Part shown: piece by piece, positions 63,035 to 64,000 of the stretch
Numbering within the stretch: position 1 is the stretch's first letter
Layout of the letters: each line of letters opens with the position of its first letter
Origin: an uncultured Chthoniobacter sp.
Lineage (GTDB): Bacteria; Verrucomicrobiota; Verrucomicrobiia; Chthoniobacterales; JACTMZ01
Assembly (NCBI GenBank): GCA_964609925.1
Contig: CAZSUJ010000002.1
Location: 8,251-72,250 of the forward strand
DNA length: 64,000 bases
Reading direction: 5' to 3'
Notes under the pieces: model-generated
Told to the model about the DNA's origin: nothing
The model's database searches: none
Seen by the model: only the letters and a program-made list of their open reading frames with translations
Position numbers and translations under genes: made by a program

Positions 63035-64000
63035 GCCTCGTTTCGCTCCTCTGCTGAGCCCTCGGGCAAGCCCGCACTCTCTCCGCCGCCGTAGCCCAGC
63101 ACTTCCACGGTGATGACCGACGGTGGCTCCTCCTGCGCGGCTGTTTCTGCGGAGTTCTGCGACTGACGCGCCATGTTGCCTGCAGCCGTCGAGGTCGCGG
63201 CCGTGGTGGAAGCGCCGGCGGTCAACCCGGCGATGTTCGGCGCCACCGCAGGCGGGGCCGCCGGCACGCCCACCGAGGTTCCACCCGCGGCGATGTTGTC
63301 CGCATTGAGGACTTCCGCCGCGGCAATGTTGATATCCCCGGTCGCCCGGATCCCCGCGTCCCCCGCATCCACGGTGCCCTGCGGTGCCAGCAGCGAAACA
63401 CTGCCGGGTTCGACGCCCTCGACCGACGCGAGCACGCCGATACCCCCACCCGTGGCCAAGCCGCCAAGGTCGGTCTTCACGTCCGCGCTGGTTGGGTCGA
63501 TGATGACCCGCGTGGGCGGCGCTGTGACCACCGTCTTCGGCGCCGTGCCAGCGGCGATGTCGCCGGAGGACGACCAGATGGTGAGGTCGCCGCCCCGCAG
63601 GGTGAAGATGCGAGCCCGACCGATATCCACATCGCCCTCGGTGAGGACGGAAACCTCCCCGCCGTATTCGGTAACGATCCCGGGTGGCGTGAGCGGGTTG
63701 CCGAAGATGTCCGAGGCCATGGTCAGGCCGCCGCCGGGTGCGGCCACGATGATCGACCCGCCGCTCGCCGTGCGCACATCACGAGCGCGGGTGAAGATGT
63801 TTCCGCTGCCGGAGGTGGAGCCGAAGATGGACTCAACCGCGGCATAGGCGGCGGTGTAGTCGCCGGACTCGGAGGCTTCGAGGCCGAGCACTTGGAGGTC
63901 CTCGAACATCTGCCGCACCGCCGCCACGGCGAAATGCTCCGGCGTGCTTCCGAGGAATCCTTGCGACGGCATGACCGGGAACGTAAGCGTGCTTCCGGCC
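63031..64000 (-). CDS. C-terminal end of a filamentous-haemagglutinin-family exoprotein (3' part; gene continues beyond window end)
   Basis: The frame stays open upstream of the first Met to base 64000. Gly/Ala/Thr-rich beta-helix-like repeats (GDLTIWSSSGDIAAGTAPKT, VDAGDAGIRATGDINIAAAEVLNADNI) resemble the conserved C-terminal region of FhaB-like proteins. Confidence 0.6.
   Translation of the reverse strand, partial: AGSTLTFPVMPSQGFLGSTPEHFAVAAVRQMFEDLQVLGLEASESGDYTAAYAAVESIFGSTSGSGNIFTRARDVRTASGGSIIVAAPGGGLTMASDIFGNPLTPPGIVTEYGGEVSVLTEGDVDIGRARIFTLRGGDLTIWSSSGDIAAGTAPKTVVTAPPTRVIIDPTSADVKTDLGGLATGGGIGVLASVEGVEPGSVSLLAPQGTVDAGDAGIRATGDINIAAAEVLNADNIAAGGTSVGVPAAPPAVAPNIAGLTAGASTTAATSTAAGNMARQSQNSAETAAQEEPPSVITVEVLGYGGGESAGLPEGSAEERNEA

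Overview
High-GC bacterial chromosome segment. PEP-CTERM proteins, SD-poor CA-rich leaders and Sel1/TPR abundance suggest a Verrucomicrobia/Opitutales-like organism, but this is inference only. All calls come from reading the supplied translations and sequence; no database search or computation was run.

Layout:
- 1-13.6 kb, housekeeping: ilvD, HAD hydrolase, pfkA, a PFOR (nifJ) / DHOD-like / cupin operon, and MFS, Kef-type and MgtE-like transporters.
- 13.6-33.6 kb, one about 20 kb run of tightly spaced minus-strand genes. It is centred on a 3211-aa NRPS (C-A*-dC-A-T-C-A-T-E) with an MbtH-like protein, two alpha/beta hydrolases, a nitroreductase and an MFS exporter. It also holds an unusual four-gene module: two paralogous membrane proteins with a PqqD/RRE-like head and an M50/S2P-like body lacking HExxH (one fused to an HlyD-type adaptor), bracketing a TPR protein and a membrane-anchored sulfotransferase. 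This module, alone or together with the NRPS, is my best candidate for an undescribed system: recognition, sulfation and export of a peptide.
- 33.7-42.6 kb, an accessory island with visibly lower GC in places: vapBC, a tyrosine recombinase, two orphan RHS C-terminal toxin/immunity cassettes on the plus strand, an intact IS66 element with a perfect 8-bp target duplication, and a convergent 515-aa RHS fragment with a lipoprotein Sel1 immunity gene. It ends at tRNA-Val(GAC). A 22-nt core inside the RHS 'RWLSPDP' junction occurs three times, once inverted, which would allow toxin-tip exchange.
- 42.7-64 kb, mostly housekeeping: GYF-bactofilin, yihY, pyrD, mnmE, hisC, thiG, dsbD, redoxin. Also a duplicated secreted-protein pair (PEP-CTERM versus an alternative tail) flanking a PstS-like binding protein, and the 3' end of an FhaB-like exoprotein gene coupled to a large polytopic membrane protein.

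Many long ORFs in the track are antisense or out-of-frame artefacts of high GC and were rejected.
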